From positions 32,001-96,000 of the forward strand of contig CAWIIV010000008.1 of NCBI GenBank assembly GCA_963836205.1: a stretch of DNA of 64,000 nt, in the 5' to 3' direction. The notes under the pieces were generated by a model, which saw only the letters and a list, made by a program, of their open reading frames with translations, made no database searches and was not told the DNA's origin. The DNA is from an uncultured Acidimicrobiia bacterium. GTDB lineage: Bacteria; Actinomycetota; Acidimicrobiia; Acidimicrobiales; AC-14. This document shows, one piece after another, positions 27,527 through 38,341 of this stretch. A program made the translations under genes and the position numbers. Position 1 is the first letter of the stretch. Every line of letters starts with the position of its first letter.

Positions 27527-30500
27527 ATGAGCCCATTCCGTTCCCCAATTCGTTCCCCATTCCGATCTGCTGAGCACGACGCCTGCGGAATCGGCTTCGT
27601 CGCCGACGCCACCGGGCGTTCGTCCCGGGCCATCGTCACATCCGCGTTGCGGGGGCTGGCGTGCGTCAAGCACCGGGGGGCATTGGCCGCCGACGCCCGG
27701 TCGGGCGACGGCTCCGGCCTGCTCCTCCCCATCCCTCACGAGATCTTCGGTCGCGACCCGGAGGGCGCGGCCCACGGGCTGGCCATGCTCTTCGTGCGGG
27801 GCGACGATCCCACCGAGGCGGTGGAGGCGGCGGCCGCGGCCGAGGGCATCCGGGTGGTCGAGTGGCGGGACGTGCCCACCGACGACGGCGAACTGGGCGA
27901 CCTGGCGCTGTCCACCCGGCCCCGGATCGTCCAGGCGGTCCTCGCCGGCGCCGGGTCCAACGAGAAGGCCGCCTTCCGCCTCCGCCGCCGCATCGACGCC
28001 GCCACCTCCGGCACCTACGTCGTCTCCTGCTCGTTCCGCACCGTCTGCTACAAGGGCCTAGTCACAGCCGACGCCCTGGGCGACTTCTACCTCGACCTGG
28101 CCGACGAGCGCTTCGGGGCGACGTTCGCCATCTTCCACCAGCGGTTTTCCACCAACACCCTCCCCACGTGGGAGCGGGCCCAGCCCTTCCGGATGCTCTG
28201 CCACAACGGGGAGATCAACGCCCTCGCCGGCAACGTCAACCGCATGCGGGCCCGGGCCGTGCTCGGCACGGAGGCCGCCGGCCTCGGCCCCGAGGAGCTG
28301 TTCCACCCCGTCCTCGACGTGTCCGACTCCGACTCGGGCCAGCTCGACTCCGCCATCGAGCTGCTCACCCGGGGCGGGCGCGACGTCCGCCACGCGGTGG
28401 CCATGACCATCCCCGAGGCGTGGGAGGGCGAGCGCGACCTCGACCCCGCCGTCCGGGCCTTCTACCGCTACCACGCGTCCCTCATGGAGCCGTGGGACGG
28501 TCCCGCCGGCCTGGTGTTCACCGACGGCGTCGGCGTGGGCGCGGCCCTCGACCGCAACGGGCTCCGTCCCCTGCGCTACTCGGCGTGCGAGGACGGCTTC
28601 GTCGCCTGCTGCTCGGAGACGGGCGCCATCGACGTGTCCGGGCACGGCCAGGTCACGCGCGGCCGCCTCGGCCCGGGCGAGATGCTCTTCGTCGACCCCA
28701 CCCGGGGCGTCCTCGACGACGTCGCCTGCAAGCAGCGGGTGGCCGCCGCCGCCCCCTACGCCCGGTGGGCGGCCGATGGCCTGCGCGACTTGTCCCGGGG
28801 CCGGGCCATCGAGCAGACGCCCGAGCCCGACGAGATCGAGCGGCGCCAGGCAATCTTCGGCTACTCCAAGGAGGAGCTGGCCATGGTGCTGCGGCGCATG
28901 GCCAACGACGCCAAGGAGCCGACGTACTCAATGGGCGACGACTCGCCCCTCCCCCACCTCGCCGGCCGCCCCCGCCCCCTGCACCATTACCTCAAGCAGC
29001 GCTTCGCCCAGGTCACCAACCCTCCCATCGACCACCTGCGGGAGCGGCTGGTCATGAGCCTGCGCACCTGCCTCGGCCCCCGCAGCCCGATCCTGGCCGA
29101 GGGACCGGAGGCGGCCCAGCTGCTCGTACTCAAGTCGTTCTTCCTGTATCCGTCGGCGATCGTCGACCTGCTGGTGTCCGACCCCGGATTCGGCGTGGCC
29201 CACCTCGACGCCACCTTCCCCGCGGCCGACGGACCGGGCGGGCTGCGGGCCGCGGTCGAGCGCCTGTGCGACCGGGCCGAGGAGCGGGCCCGGGCCGGCA
29301 TCGGCATCCTGATCGTCGACGACGGGGGCGTGAACGACGAGCGGGCGGCGGTTCCGGCCCTGCTCGCCACGGGGGCGGTCCACTCCCGGCTGGTGGCATC
29401 CGGCCTGCGGTCCGACACCTCCTTGGTGGTGTCGGCGGACGACGCCCGTGACACCCACTACCTCGCCTGCCTGATCGGCTACGGCGCCGACGCCATCTGC
29501 CCCGGCCTGGCCCTGGAGACGGTGGCCCACGAGGCCGACTACAACCCCGATGTCGACCTGTCCGGCCCCGAGGCCCAGGAGCGGTTGCAGGCGGCCATGG
29601 AGGACGGCGTCCTCAAGATCATGTCCAAGATGGGCATCTCCACCGTCGACTCCTACCGGGGGGCGCAGATCTTCGAGGCCATCGGCTTGGGCGCCGACGT
29701 GATCGACGTCTGCTTCCCCGGCACCCCGTCGATCGTCGGGGGTATCGGATGGGACGAGCTGGGCGAGGACGCCCTCGCCCGCCACGCCAACGGCCGCCTG
29801 GCCGAGGGCGGCTACTACCGGGTGCGCAAGCGGGGCGAGTTCCACACCCACACCGACGACGTGGTCAAGGCCCTCAACGAGATGAAGGCCGCCCACCTGC
29901 TCCAATCCGCCCTCCGCGACGCGTCGGCGGCCGTCGCGGTGGCCACCAACGGTGCCGGCGGCAACGGGTCCTCGGCGGCGAGCGGCAACGGCGACGGCAA
30001 CGGCGACGGGTCTGCCAGCTACCAGCGCTTCGCCGATCTGGTCAACGGCCGGCCCGCCACCGAGCTCCACGACCTCATGGACCTCGTCCCGTCCGGGCCC
30101 CCCGTCGCCCTCGACGAGGTGGAACCGGCCCTGGCCATCACCCGGCGGTTCTCCACCGGGGCCATGTCCCACGGGGCCCTCAGCCGGGAGGCGCACGAGA
30201 CGCTCACCGAGGCCATGAACCTCATCGGCGGGCTGTCGAACTGCGGGGAGGGGGGCGAGAGCTACACCCGGTTCAAGACCCGGGGCCAGGCCAAGGGCGA
30301 CAAGAACAGCCGCATCAAGCAGATCGCCTCGGGCCGCTTCGGCGTCACCCCCGAGTACTGCGCCTTCGCCGACGAGCTCAACATCAAGATGGCCCAGGGA
30401 TCGAAGCCGGGCGAGGGGGGCCAGATCCCGGGCAACAAGGTGTCGGAGGAGATCGCCGCCCTCCGCCACACCCAGCCCGGGATCGGTCTCATCTCCCCGC

Positions 30501-32020
30501 CCCCCCACCACGACATCTACTCCATCGAGGACCTGGCCCAGCTCATCTTCGACCTCAAGCAGGTCAACCGCCACGCCGACGTGTCGGTGAAGCTGGTGGC
30601 CGAGGACGGCGTCGGCACCATCGCTGCGGGCGTGGTGAAGGCCCTGGCCGAGGTCGTCCACATCAGCGGGTGCAACGGGGGCACCGGGGCGTCGCCACTC
30701 ACGTCGATCAAGCACGCCGGCCTGCCCTGGGAGCTGGGCGTGGCCGAGACCCAGCAGGCGCTGGTGGAGAACGGCCTGCGCGATCGGGTCCGGGTGCGGA
30801 TGGACGGCGGCCTGATGACCGGCCGCGACGTGATCATGGCCGCCCTGCTCGGGGCCGACGAGTACTCCTTCGGCACCGCGGCCATGATCGCCGAGGGCTG
30901 CATCATGCTCCGGGCCTGCCACAAGGACACCTGCTCCACCGGCATCGCCACCCAGCGCCCCCACCTACGGGCCAAGTTCGCGGGCACGCCCGAGGGGGTG
31001 GCCGCCTACATGGTGTTCATCGCCGAGGAGGTCCGCCGCTACCTGGCCGAGCTGGGCTTCCGCACCATGGACGAGGCCATCGGCCAGGTGGAGTGCATCC
31101 GCCAGCGGCCGGCCGACGACCCCCGGGCCAACACCATGGACCTCAGCCCGCTGCTCCGGCCGCCGTCCGACCCGTCGGCCCCCCGGCATTTCGTGCGGGC
31201 CCTCCCTATCCAACGGCCCCGCTCGGCCCTGGGCGACCGCCTGGTCGACGACGCCTTCCAGCCCATCTGGGACGGTGTCGACCTTTCCCTGCGCTACACC
31301 ATCGGCAACTCCGACCGCACGGTGGGTGCGGCGTTGAGCGGGGCGCTCGCCCTGGAGTTCGGCGAGACTCCCCCACCGGGCACCGCCAGCGTCCGCTACG
31401 ACGGCTCCGCCGGGCAGAGCTTCGGCGCCTTCCTGGGCCACGGCATCGAGTTCGACCTGGTGGGCGAGGCCAACGACTACGTGGGCAAGGCCATGGCCGG
31501 CGGGCGGGTGGTGATCCGTCCCCCGGAGAACGACGCCGGCACGCCGGTGCTGGCCGGCAACACCTGCCTCTACGGCGCCACCGGCGGGGAGCTGTACGTG
31601 GCCGGGTCGGCCGGCGAACGGTTCGCGGTGCGTAACTCGGGGGCGTCGGCCGTGGTCGAGGGCGTCGGCGACCACGCCTGCGAGTACATGACCGGCGGGT
31701 GCGTCGTGATCCTCGGCCCCGTCGGCTACAACCTGGGGGCAGGCATGACCGGTGGGCAGGCGTTCGTCTGGGACCCCGAGGGCAAGCTGGCCAGCCGCCT
31801 GAACCCGGCCCTGGTCGACGTGGCCCTGCCCGACGCAGACCTGCTGGAAGACCTCCGCTGGCGGGTCGAGCGCCACGCCGAGCTGACGGGGTCGCCCCGG
31901 GCCGCGGCGTTGCTGGCCGACTGGGACGCGACCGTGGCCGACATGTGGCTGGTGGCCCCCGTCGACCTCATCAAGCGCCTCGAGCAGCAGCGGGCCAGCC
32001 AGGTGGCAACGGCCGTCTGA
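27527..32020 (+). CDS. gltB: Glutamate synthase large subunit
   Basis: 1497 aa; DACGIGF, HQRFSTNT, HNGEIN, MEPWDGPA, FAQVTNPPID, KQIASGRFGVT, ISPPPHHDIYSIEDL, CIMLRACHKDTCSTG, GXGXG domain. Confidence 0.98.
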   Translation: MSPFRSPIRSPFRSAEHDACGIGFVADATGRSSRAIVTSALRGLACVKHRGALAADARSGDGSGLLLPIPHEIFGRDPEGAAHGLAMLFVRGDDPTEAVEAAAAAEGIRVVEWRDVPTDDGELGDLALSTRPRIVQAVLAGAGSNEKAAFRLRRRIDAATSGTYVVSCSFRTVCYKGLVTADALGDFYLDLADERFGATFAIFHQRFSTNTLPTWERAQPFRMLCHNGEINALAGNVNRMRARAVLGTEAAGLGPEELFHPVLDVSDSDSGQLDSAIELLTRGGRDVRHAVAMTIPEAWEGERDLDPAVRAFYRYHASLMEPWDGPAGLVFTDGVGVGAALDRNGLRPLRYSACEDGFVACCSETGAIDVSGHGQVTRGRLGPGEMLFVDPTRGVLDDVACKQRVAAAAPYARWAADGLRDLSRGRAIEQTPEPDEIERRQAIFGYSKEELAMVLRRMANDAKEPTYSMGDDSPLPHLAGRPRPLHHYLKQRFAQVTNPPIDHLRERLVMSLRTCLGPRSPILAEGPEAAQLLVLKSFFLYPSAIVDLLVSDPGFGVAHLDATFPAADGPGGLRAAVERLCDRAEERARAGIGILIVDDGGVNDERAAVPALLATGAVHSRLVASGLRSDTSLVVSADDARDTHYLACLIGYGADAICPGLALETVAHEADYNPDVDLSGPEAQERLQAAMEDGVLKIMSKMGISTVDSYRGAQIFEAIGLGADVIDVCFPGTPSIVGGIGWDELGEDALARHANGRLAEGGYYRVRKRGEFHTHTDDVVKALNEMKAAHLLQSALRDASAAVAVATNGAGGNGSSAASGNGDGNGDGSASYQRFADLVNGRPATELHDLMDLVPSGPPVALDEVEPALAITRRFSTGAMSHGALSREAHETLTEAMNLIGGLSNCGEGGESYTRFKTRGQAKGDKNSRIKQIASGRFGVTPEYCAFADELNIKMAQGSKPGEGGQIPGNKVSEEIAALRHTQPGIGLISPPPHHDIYSIEDLAQLIFDLKQVNRHADVSVKLVAEDGVGTIAAGVVKALAEVVHISGCNGGTGASPLTSIKHAGLPWELGVAETQQALVENGLRDRVRVRMDGGLMTGRDVIMAALLGADEYSFGTAAMIAEGCIMLRACHKDTCSTGIATQRPHLRAKFAGTPEGVAAYMVFIAEEVRRYLAELGFRTMDEAIGQVECIRQRPADDPRANTMDLSPLLRPPSDPSAPRHFVRALPIQRPRSALGDRLVDDAFQPIWDGVDLSLRYTIGNSDRTVGAALSGALALEFGETPPPGTASVRYDGSAGQSFGAFLGHGIEFDLVGEANDYVGKAMAGGRVVIRPPENDAGTPVLAGNTCLYGATGGELYVAGSAGERFAVRNSGASAVVEGVGDHACEYMTGGCVVILGPVGYNLGAGMTGGQAFVWDPEGKLASRLNPALVDVALPDADLLEDLRWRVERHAELTGSPRAAALLADWDATVADMWLVAPVDLIKRLEQQRASQVATAV

Positions 32021-32265
32021 CGAGTCGGCGTGGCCCCTCGGCCATCCCCCGCGCTACCACTGTTTCCTTATCAGGTAACGCTCTACGATGCGGCCGTGCC
32101 AGACGATGTCTCCTTCGACGGCGTTCCCGAATGAACGGAACGAAGGGTTCATCGGCCATGCTGGGGGAGCGGGCGAAGTTTCCCGGCTCGAACGGCGTCG
32201 GCGCTTCGGAGCTGGTCGATGCGGGGCGCCCGTCGAAATGATCCTCGGAGATGGGGGTCCCGCCG

Positions 32266-32865
32266 CTAGCGAGTCCTCGGGACACCTCGAGGCCGAAGTT
32301 CATTCCGGAGCCCTCTAGCGCCGGTCCCGTAGCCGAGCGAGCACTGGGCATCGACTCGGTGATGATGCGCCTCGTGCAGCGCGAACCTTACGAGCCCGTC
32401 GACGCTAAAGAGCTCACTTCCACGTCGGGTGCCGGTGTACTCCCAGCAACAGCTATCGAGTCGGGCGATGATCGCCGACATCAGCTCGGCCGCAGTCTCG
32501 AGGTCGGCTGCGACCGAGCATGGGTCCTGTTCGTTGTAGCGGTCAGCGACGGCCGCCGCCTCGTGGTCCCACCAGCCGAAATCGGGATTCGTTCCCGTCG
32601 CTGCGTCGGCTATCCGATGCCTGAACAGGACGAGGACGTCCCGGACATGCGCCGCGTACTCGAGCGCGGACCAGCGTCCCGGGTTGACAGGCCTTCGCAG
32701 CGACACGATGTCGGCGCGCAGCAGCGAGGCCCACAGCTCGGCTTGGCGCCGGATCGCCCGGCCCAGCTCGCGTCGAGGGATCGAGGAGGCTCTCAGCCCG
32801 CACTCGTCGCACCGTTGGTCGGCGACGACTCGGACCCAGTCACGCTCAGACGCCGACAATGCCAC
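32266..32865 (-). CDS. DinB family protein
   Basis: CDECG, WSALEYAAHVRDV, FALHEAHHHRVD; start approximate. Confidence 0.85.
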   Translation of the reverse strand: MALSASERDWVRVVADQRCDECGLRASSIPRRELGRAIRRQAELWASLLRADIVSLRRPVNPGRWSALEYAAHVRDVLVLFRHRIADAATGTNPDFGWWDHEAAAVADRYNEQDPCSVAADLETAAELMSAIIARLDSCCWEYTGTRRGSELFSVDGLVRFALHEAHHHRVDAQCSLGYGTGARGLRNELRPRGVPRTR

Positions 32866-34048
32866 CTCCCGGATCGGAGCCTGCCAGGGCTCGACCGAGC
32901 CGCTGCACCGCCACCTCCAACCGGTCGGCCGACGCGTGGGAGAAGGCGAGACGGAGGTGCGTGGGAAAGCCGGAGTCCACCGCGAAGGCGGCGCCCGGGA
33001 CGAAGGCCACCCCGCTATCGACCGCGGAGGCGAGAAGTTCCTCGGTGTCGACCCCCGCCCTGATGACACGCCCCCACACGAAGAAGCCGCCCTCCGGGGC
33101 CCGAAACTCGAATAGGCCGTCGAGATGCAGACGGAGCGCGCCGACGAGTGCAGTGGCCTTGGCCTGGTAGAGCGATCGGAGGCGGGACAGGTGCGAGTCG
33201 AAGAAGTCGGGCTCATTGATCACCTGAAACGTCGCCCGCTGGGCCAGGGTGGCGGTGTGCAAATCGGCGGCCTGCTTGACCAGCGCTACGGCTCGGAGCA
33301 GCGCCTGTGGAGCCACGACGTATCCCACCCGCAGGCCCGGGCAGAGGGTCTTGGAGAAGCTGCCCAGAGTGACGACGCGGTCGGAGAGCGTCGTCAACGG
33401 GGGCGGCGCCTGGCCCGCCCAGCGCAGATGACGATAGGGGTCGTCGACCAGGATCACGAAGCCGTAGCGATCGGCGAGCTCGGCCAGCGCCCGACAACGC
33501 CCGGCCGTCAGGCTGGCGCCGGTCGGGTTGTGGAAGTTCGGCACCACGTAGACCAGCGCCGGCCGCAGCCCCCGGGCCAGGCGGCAGGCCAGGTCGTCGA
33601 CGACCATGCCCTGGTCGTCGCTGGCCACGCCCGCCAGGTGCGCTCCGACCAGGTGGAGGGCCTGGATGGCGCCCACGTAGCCGGGATCGGCCAAGGCGAC
33701 GTCGGTCCCCGGATCCACGAGCGTCCGCACCACCAGCTCCAGCGCCTGCTGGGATCCCGACGTCACCAGCACCTGGTCGGGCTCGACCCCGTGGTCGCCG
33801 GCGATCCATTCCCGCAGAGGACCGAAGCCTTCCGTCTCCGAGTACTGGAGGGTGCTCCCCGGGTCGCGTGCGAGAAGCCCGGCGATGGCTCGGGCGAGCT
33901 CACCGGAGGGAAAGGCCTCGGGCGCGGGGAGGCCGCCGGCAAGGGAGATGACGTCGGTCCGACCGACCACGGCCAGAAGATCCCGGATCGCCGAGGAGCG
34001 GATCCGACTGGCAGCGTCGCTGCACGCGACGTCCGCGAGGTGGACCAT
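32846..34048 (-). CDS. PLP-dependent aminotransferase (class I/II, LysN-like)
   Basis: ISLAGGLP, LQYSETEG, VTSGSQQAL, PNFHNPTG, DDPY, GSFSKTLCPGLRVG. Confidence 0.92.
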   Translation of the reverse strand: MVHLADVACSDAASRIRSSAIRDLLAVVGRTDVISLAGGLPAPEAFPSGELARAIAGLLARDPGSTLQYSETEGFGPLREWIAGDHGVEPDQVLVTSGSQQALELVVRTLVDPGTDVALADPGYVGAIQALHLVGAHLAGVASDDQGMVVDDLACRLARGLRPALVYVVPNFHNPTGASLTAGRCRALAELADRYGFVILVDDPYRHLRWAGQAPPPLTTLSDRVVTLGSFSKTLCPGLRVGYVVAPQALLRAVALVKQAADLHTATLAQRATFQVINEPDFFDSHLSRLRSLYQAKATALVGALRLHLDGLFEFRAPEGGFFVWGRVIRAGVDTEELLASAVDSGVAFVPGAAFAVDSGFPTHLRLAFSHASADRLEVAVQRLGRALAGSDPGGGIVGV

Positions 34049-34057
34049 GGTCCGGTG

Positions 34058-34097
34058 ACTGTGGCATAACTGGCCTGTGCCGGACAGAGCCACTTCC
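34058..34097. promoter_or_regulatory. Candidate MocR/GabR operator between divergent genes
   Basis: GTGGCATAACTGGCC...GAGCCACTT: TGGC direct and inverted (GCCA) repeats. Confidence 0.4.
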
Positions 34098-35525
34098 ACG
34101 CGAGTGGCTCGGTCCTGGGCCACGAAGGGCGTGGTCGACCAGCTCGGGGACTGGGCCGCGGGCGGCGGACCGCTGTTCCGCCAACTGGCCCGCGCCGTCG
34201 CCGACGGCATCGAGCGGGGCGCGTTCGCCCATGGTCAGCGGCTCCCCGCCGAACGGGCCCTGGCGGTCGCGCTGGCCATCAGCCGGGGCACGGCGGTGGC
34301 CGCCTACGACCAGCTGGTGGCGGACGGCCTCGTCGAGCGCCAGCGGGGGAGCGGCACCTTCGTCCGGGCCTCGGATCCGCTCGAGCTCCCGCAGGGGCGG
34401 GAGGGCTCGGGTCTGGTGCACCGGCTGGTGGACCGCAGCGCTGGCCCGTCAGAGGTGATCGACCTGTCGATCTCGGTCCTCTGTGAGGCGGCCACCCTCC
34501 CGCTGGCGGAGGTGACGACCGAGGACCTGCGCGACGTCGTCCCCGACACTGGCCTCAGTCCGTGGGGCCTGCCGTCGCTGCGGGCGGCGGTGGCAGAACA
34601 CGTGACCGGTTGGGGGCTGGCGACGGACGAGTCCCAGGTCGTCATCACCACCGGCGCCCAGCAGGCGATCTGCGCGGCGGCCGCATGCTGGCTGCGGGCG
34701 GGCGACACCGTCGTCGTGGAGGACCCGACCTACCCGGGGGCGTTGTCAGCCTTCATCCAGGCCGGAGCGCGGATCGTGGGGGTCGCGGTGGACGGGCAGG
34801 GGGTGCGTCCCGACGTGCTGGCCCACGCCCTCGAAAGTCGGCCGTCGCTCGTCTATCTCCAGCCGACCCTTCACAGCCCGACCGGCGCCGTGCTGTCCGC
34901 CGGCCGTCGAGAACAGGTGGGGCAGATGCTCCGGGAGGCCCGGGTGCCGCTGCTGGAGGACATGGCGCTGGCCGACCTGGCCTGGGAGCGGGTACCGCTG
35001 CCCATCGCCGCCAGCGTGCCCGGCGCGTCGGTGGCCGTCATCGGGTCGATCAGCAAGCTGTTCTGGGGCGGCCTGCGGGTCGGCTTCGTGCGGGCACCGC
35101 AGCCACTGGCGTTGCGCTTCGCCCGGGTGCGGACGATGCAGGATCTCGGGACCTCGGCCGTGAGCCAGCTCCTGGCCGGACGACTGCTGGCCCAGGCGCG
35201 AACGACCGACTTCCGGGCCCGCCAGCAGGCCGAGCTGCGAAGCCGGTACCGCGCCCTGGCCGAGGCGCTGCACCGGGAGCTGCCCGACTGGTCCTGGCCC
35301 GAGCCCCAGGGCGGTCTGTCTATCTGGGTGCGGCTGCCGACGGCGCGCGCCGACGCCTTTGCCCACCTGGCGCTGCGCCAGGGCGTGGCGGTGGCGACAG
35401 CCCAGGCCGTCTCCGCCAGCGCGGCCCATCCCGACCGCCTTCGCCTGTCCTTCAGCGCTCCGATCCCCATCCTCCGAGAGGGCGTCCGGCGGCTAGGCGC
35501 GGCCTGGCGCGCCTTCGTCGCTTGA
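34077..35525 (+). CDS. MocR/GabR family regulator (GntR HTH + aminotransferase domain)
   Basis: RLPAERALA..ISRGTAVAAYDQL..RGSGT; VEDPTYPG; GSISKLFWGGLRVG; true start may be slightly downstream. Confidence 0.92.
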   Translation: MPDRATSTRVARSWATKGVVDQLGDWAAGGGPLFRQLARAVADGIERGAFAHGQRLPAERALAVALAISRGTAVAAYDQLVADGLVERQRGSGTFVRASDPLELPQGREGSGLVHRLVDRSAGPSEVIDLSISVLCEAATLPLAEVTTEDLRDVVPDTGLSPWGLPSLRAAVAEHVTGWGLATDESQVVITTGAQQAICAAAACWLRAGDTVVVEDPTYPGALSAFIQAGARIVGVAVDGQGVRPDVLAHALESRPSLVYLQPTLHSPTGAVLSAGRREQVGQMLREARVPLLEDMALADLAWERVPLPIAASVPGASVAVIGSISKLFWGGLRVGFVRAPQPLALRFARVRTMQDLGTSAVSQLLAGRLLAQARTTDFRARQQAELRSRYRALAEALHRELPDWSWPEPQGGLSIWVRLPTARADAFAHLALRQGVAVATAQAVSASAAHPDRLRLSFSAPIPILREGVRRLGAAWRAFVA

Positions 35526-35545
35526 GGACGGTCGGATGTCGACGC

Positions 35546-35966
35546 TCAGCTCCCCGGCGGACCCCGCAAGACGCCGGTGACGACGGCCATGGCCGAAAGC
35601 ACGCCGCCGCGCCGGCGACGACCGCCGCTGCTCGGGCCAGGTGACCGCTCCATCGGGCCTCGTCGCCCTCGGCGAGGATCACCCGCCGGCCGAGCAGGAT
35701 CGCTCCCAGGGCGAAGATCAACGCCACGCCCGCGGAGACCACCGGGTCCCACCGGATGTCGGCCCCGCTCCACGGGCTTCCGACAACCGACTGGGCCACC
35801 ACCGAGGCGATCGTGGCGCCCCCGAACATCCCGAGCACGGCGAACGTGAAGCGGAGATGGCCGCCGCCTCCACCGACAGCAGGGTGCTGGCTGACCACCA
35901 GCGTGTGTCGACCAGTGCTGCGGCCGGGTCGAAGTCGAGGTCGATGTCGTGATGCATTGCAGTCAC
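35546..35966 (-). pseudogene. Possible frameshifted small membrane protein
   Basis: GAAAGG RBS and GTG at 35966; hydrophobic segments (FAVLGMFGGATIASVVA, VVSAGVALIFALGAILLG) lie in a different frame. Confidence 0.3.
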
Positions 35967-36232
35967 CTTTCGTAGGTTCCTCCTGGATGACCGTCCACCG
36001 CCGTCTCACGGCGCGGGCGAGTTCATGGGATTGCAGTGCCTGATTGCGGCAGCCATCCCCACCGCCGACCCCACCAGCAACGCCAGGACGGCACGCGCTC
36101 CGACCATCGGACCGACGACGCAGGCCAGAACGGAGCAGGTGCCAGCCACCCAGGCGGGCGTCGGGTGGAGGTGGAAGTCGGGGCCCCTCGGGCACGACGA
36201 CGGATTCCACAGGCTCCGGCGGGCGCCGGCCA

Positions 36233-38341
36233 TCACGAAGCCATGCCGGACGACGCCCCAACCGATTCCCCGCCCAGCCCCGGGAGTGGCGCGTCGTCGA
36301 GGGCCTGGCGGGCCATCGACTCCGCTGTCTCGAGTGCCGCATCCGCCGCCACCGCCACGTCGGGGACCACCCCGGTGCCCTCCCAGTTGGTCCCGGTGAT
36401 GGGGTTGATGCTCCGGCCGGTCGGCACGCACATCCCGAACCCGGCGACGAGCGGGGCGCATCCACCGGGGTGGGCACCGCCGCCTGTCGTCTCCCCCACG
36501 ATGGTGGCCCGCCCCAGCGCCTGCAGGTTGTAGGCGAACTCCTCCGCGGCCGAGAAGGTGCGCTCGCTCGTGAGGACGTAGACATCCTTGTCCGGCCCGA
36601 AGCGTGTGCCAGCGACATCGCCGAGCGTCCAGAACTGCTCCGTGCGGTCCCCGTCACGCCAGTAGATGTCGCTGAGATGGACCGGCTCCTCGTCGAACAG
36701 GTAGGAGCTGATCAGGGCCACCATGCCAGGGCTGCCGCCGCCGTTGTCCCGGAGGTCGAAGATGAGCGCCTCGGCGTCGTGCACCGACGTCAGGGCCGCG
36801 GCCACTGCTGCCTCCGCTCCTTGGGGCTCGAGGAAACCGACCAGCTTGATGTAGGCGAGGTTGCCCGGCAGGCGCTCGACGCGCTCGAAGCCGAAGTTCG
36901 CCGGCTCGGCATGGTCTCCCTCCGGTCGCCCAGGGGGTGGTCCGACGGGACCGCCCGCGGCAGGATCGCCGAGGTAGTCGACCCCCAGATGCTTGTCGTG
37001 GCTCACCTCCCGGAGGTGAGTCGTCAGAAGCCAGGCCAGCGCCGAGACGTTGGTGACGCGGTCGTACCCGCCACCGGCCTGGCGAGCGCGGATCGCCCGT
37101 TCCATCTCCTCGGCGCGGTCGGGGAAGACATACTGGTCTTGGATCCGGGAGAGCACGGCGTCGATCACCTGGCCCCGGGTCGTGACGTCGAGATCGACGG
37201 CCTCCTCGATGCCGAGCGCGAGTGCATCGAGTGGCGCGGCGAACAGGTCGAGCGCCGGCCCCTCGCTGAAGGTGTTGGTCAGCAGCACCACCGTGACCTG
37301 ATCGTCGGGAAAGAAGGTGAGGCGGCTCATGAAGCCATCGATGGCACCGTCGTGGAACACCGCCGCGTGCCCCTGGAGAGGATGCAGCATCAGGCCGAAC
37401 CCGTAGGGCACGGTGGTCCCGTCGGCCATATCGGTGGACGTCGTCATCATCCGGTAGGACGCGCCGGAGACGACCCGTCCGCTGCGCAGCGCCTGGCTCC
37501 ACGCCAGCAGGTCCCCAACCGTCGAGCACAGCCCGCCAGCGGCGAACGGCACTGCCATCTCGATGGGCTGAGCGTCCACCAGCGCGCCGTTGGCGATGTC
37601 GTAGCCACGGGCGTGCCCTGGCCCCTCCGGCTTGTCCGGGCAGTACGAGGTCTGGCGCAAACCGGCCGGCTCGAAGACGTGTGCGTCCAGGTACGAGGCG
37701 TAGGTGCCACCGGTGACCTTCTCGATGACCAACCCCAGGAGCAGGTAGCCCGAGTTGGAGTAGCTGAAGCGCTCGCCCGGTTCGAAATCGAAGCGCTGGG
37801 CGGCGATGAGGTCCACCACTTCCTGGCGGGTGGTTCCGGGTTCGCCTCGGCCGCCTGCCAGATCGGTGTGGTCCGCAATGCCCGAGGTGTGGTTGAGGAG
37901 GTGCCGGACGGTGACGTGATGTCCCTGGATGGGGAAGTCGGGGAGCAACTCGCCGAGGTCGTCGTCGAGGCTGAGCCGTCCGGCCTCGACCAGCTGCAGG
38001 ATGGCGGCGGCGGTGAACTGCTTGGTGAGCGAGCCGATGGGATAGATGGTCTCCGCTGTCGCGGGGACCCCCCGACCGATGTCGGCCAAGCCGTAGCCCT
38101 TCGTGACGACGGTCCTGCCGTCGCGGACCACTGCGACGGACACGCCCGCCAGCGGTCCCGCCTCGAGCGCTTCCGCAGCCAGCGTGTCGACGCCCGCCAG
38201 CAAGGCGACGTCGACCTGCCGAGAGGCGTGACTGCACGCGGCCACCGCCAGCATCACCCCGGACAGGAGCATGGCCACGGCGGCCCGAGACCGACCCCGG
38301 CGCCGATGGACAGCACACTGGACCCACACCCTCTGCGTCAT
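36233..38341 (-). CDS. Lipoprotein fusion: serine hydrolase (S12/beta-lactamase fold) + S41 peptidase
   Basis: Lipobox VAAC; S12: GSLTK, LLNHTSG, YSN, HDG; S41: DKHL, DLRDNGGG, TFSAAEEF, IVGETTGGGAHP, WEGTGVVPD; alternative start 38272. Confidence 0.88.
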   Translation of the reverse strand: MTQRVWVQCAVHRRRGRSRAAVAMLLSGVMLAVAACSHASRQVDVALLAGVDTLAAEALEAGPLAGVSVAVVRDGRTVVTKGYGLADIGRGVPATAETIYPIGSLTKQFTAAAILQLVEAGRLSLDDDLGELLPDFPIQGHHVTVRHLLNHTSGIADHTDLAGGRGEPGTTRQEVVDLIAAQRFDFEPGERFSYSNSGYLLLGLVIEKVTGGTYASYLDAHVFEPAGLRQTSYCPDKPEGPGHARGYDIANGALVDAQPIEMAVPFAAGGLCSTVGDLLAWSQALRSGRVVSGASYRMMTTSTDMADGTTVPYGFGLMLHPLQGHAAVFHDGAIDGFMSRLTFFPDDQVTVVLLTNTFSEGPALDLFAAPLDALALGIEEAVDLDVTTRGQVIDAVLSRIQDQYVFPDRAEEMERAIRARQAGGGYDRVTNVSALAWLLTTHLREVSHDKHLGVDYLGDPAAGGPVGPPPGRPEGDHAEPANFGFERVERLPGNLAYIKLVGFLEPQGAEAAVAAALTSVHDAEALIFDLRDNGGGSPGMVALISSYLFDEEPVHLSDIYWRDGDRTEQFWTLGDVAGTRFGPDKDVYVLTSERTFSAAEEFAYNLQALGRATIVGETTGGGAHPGGCAPLVAGFGMCVPTGRSINPITGTNWEGTGVVPDVAVAADAALETAESMARQALDDAPLPGLGGESVGASSGMAS

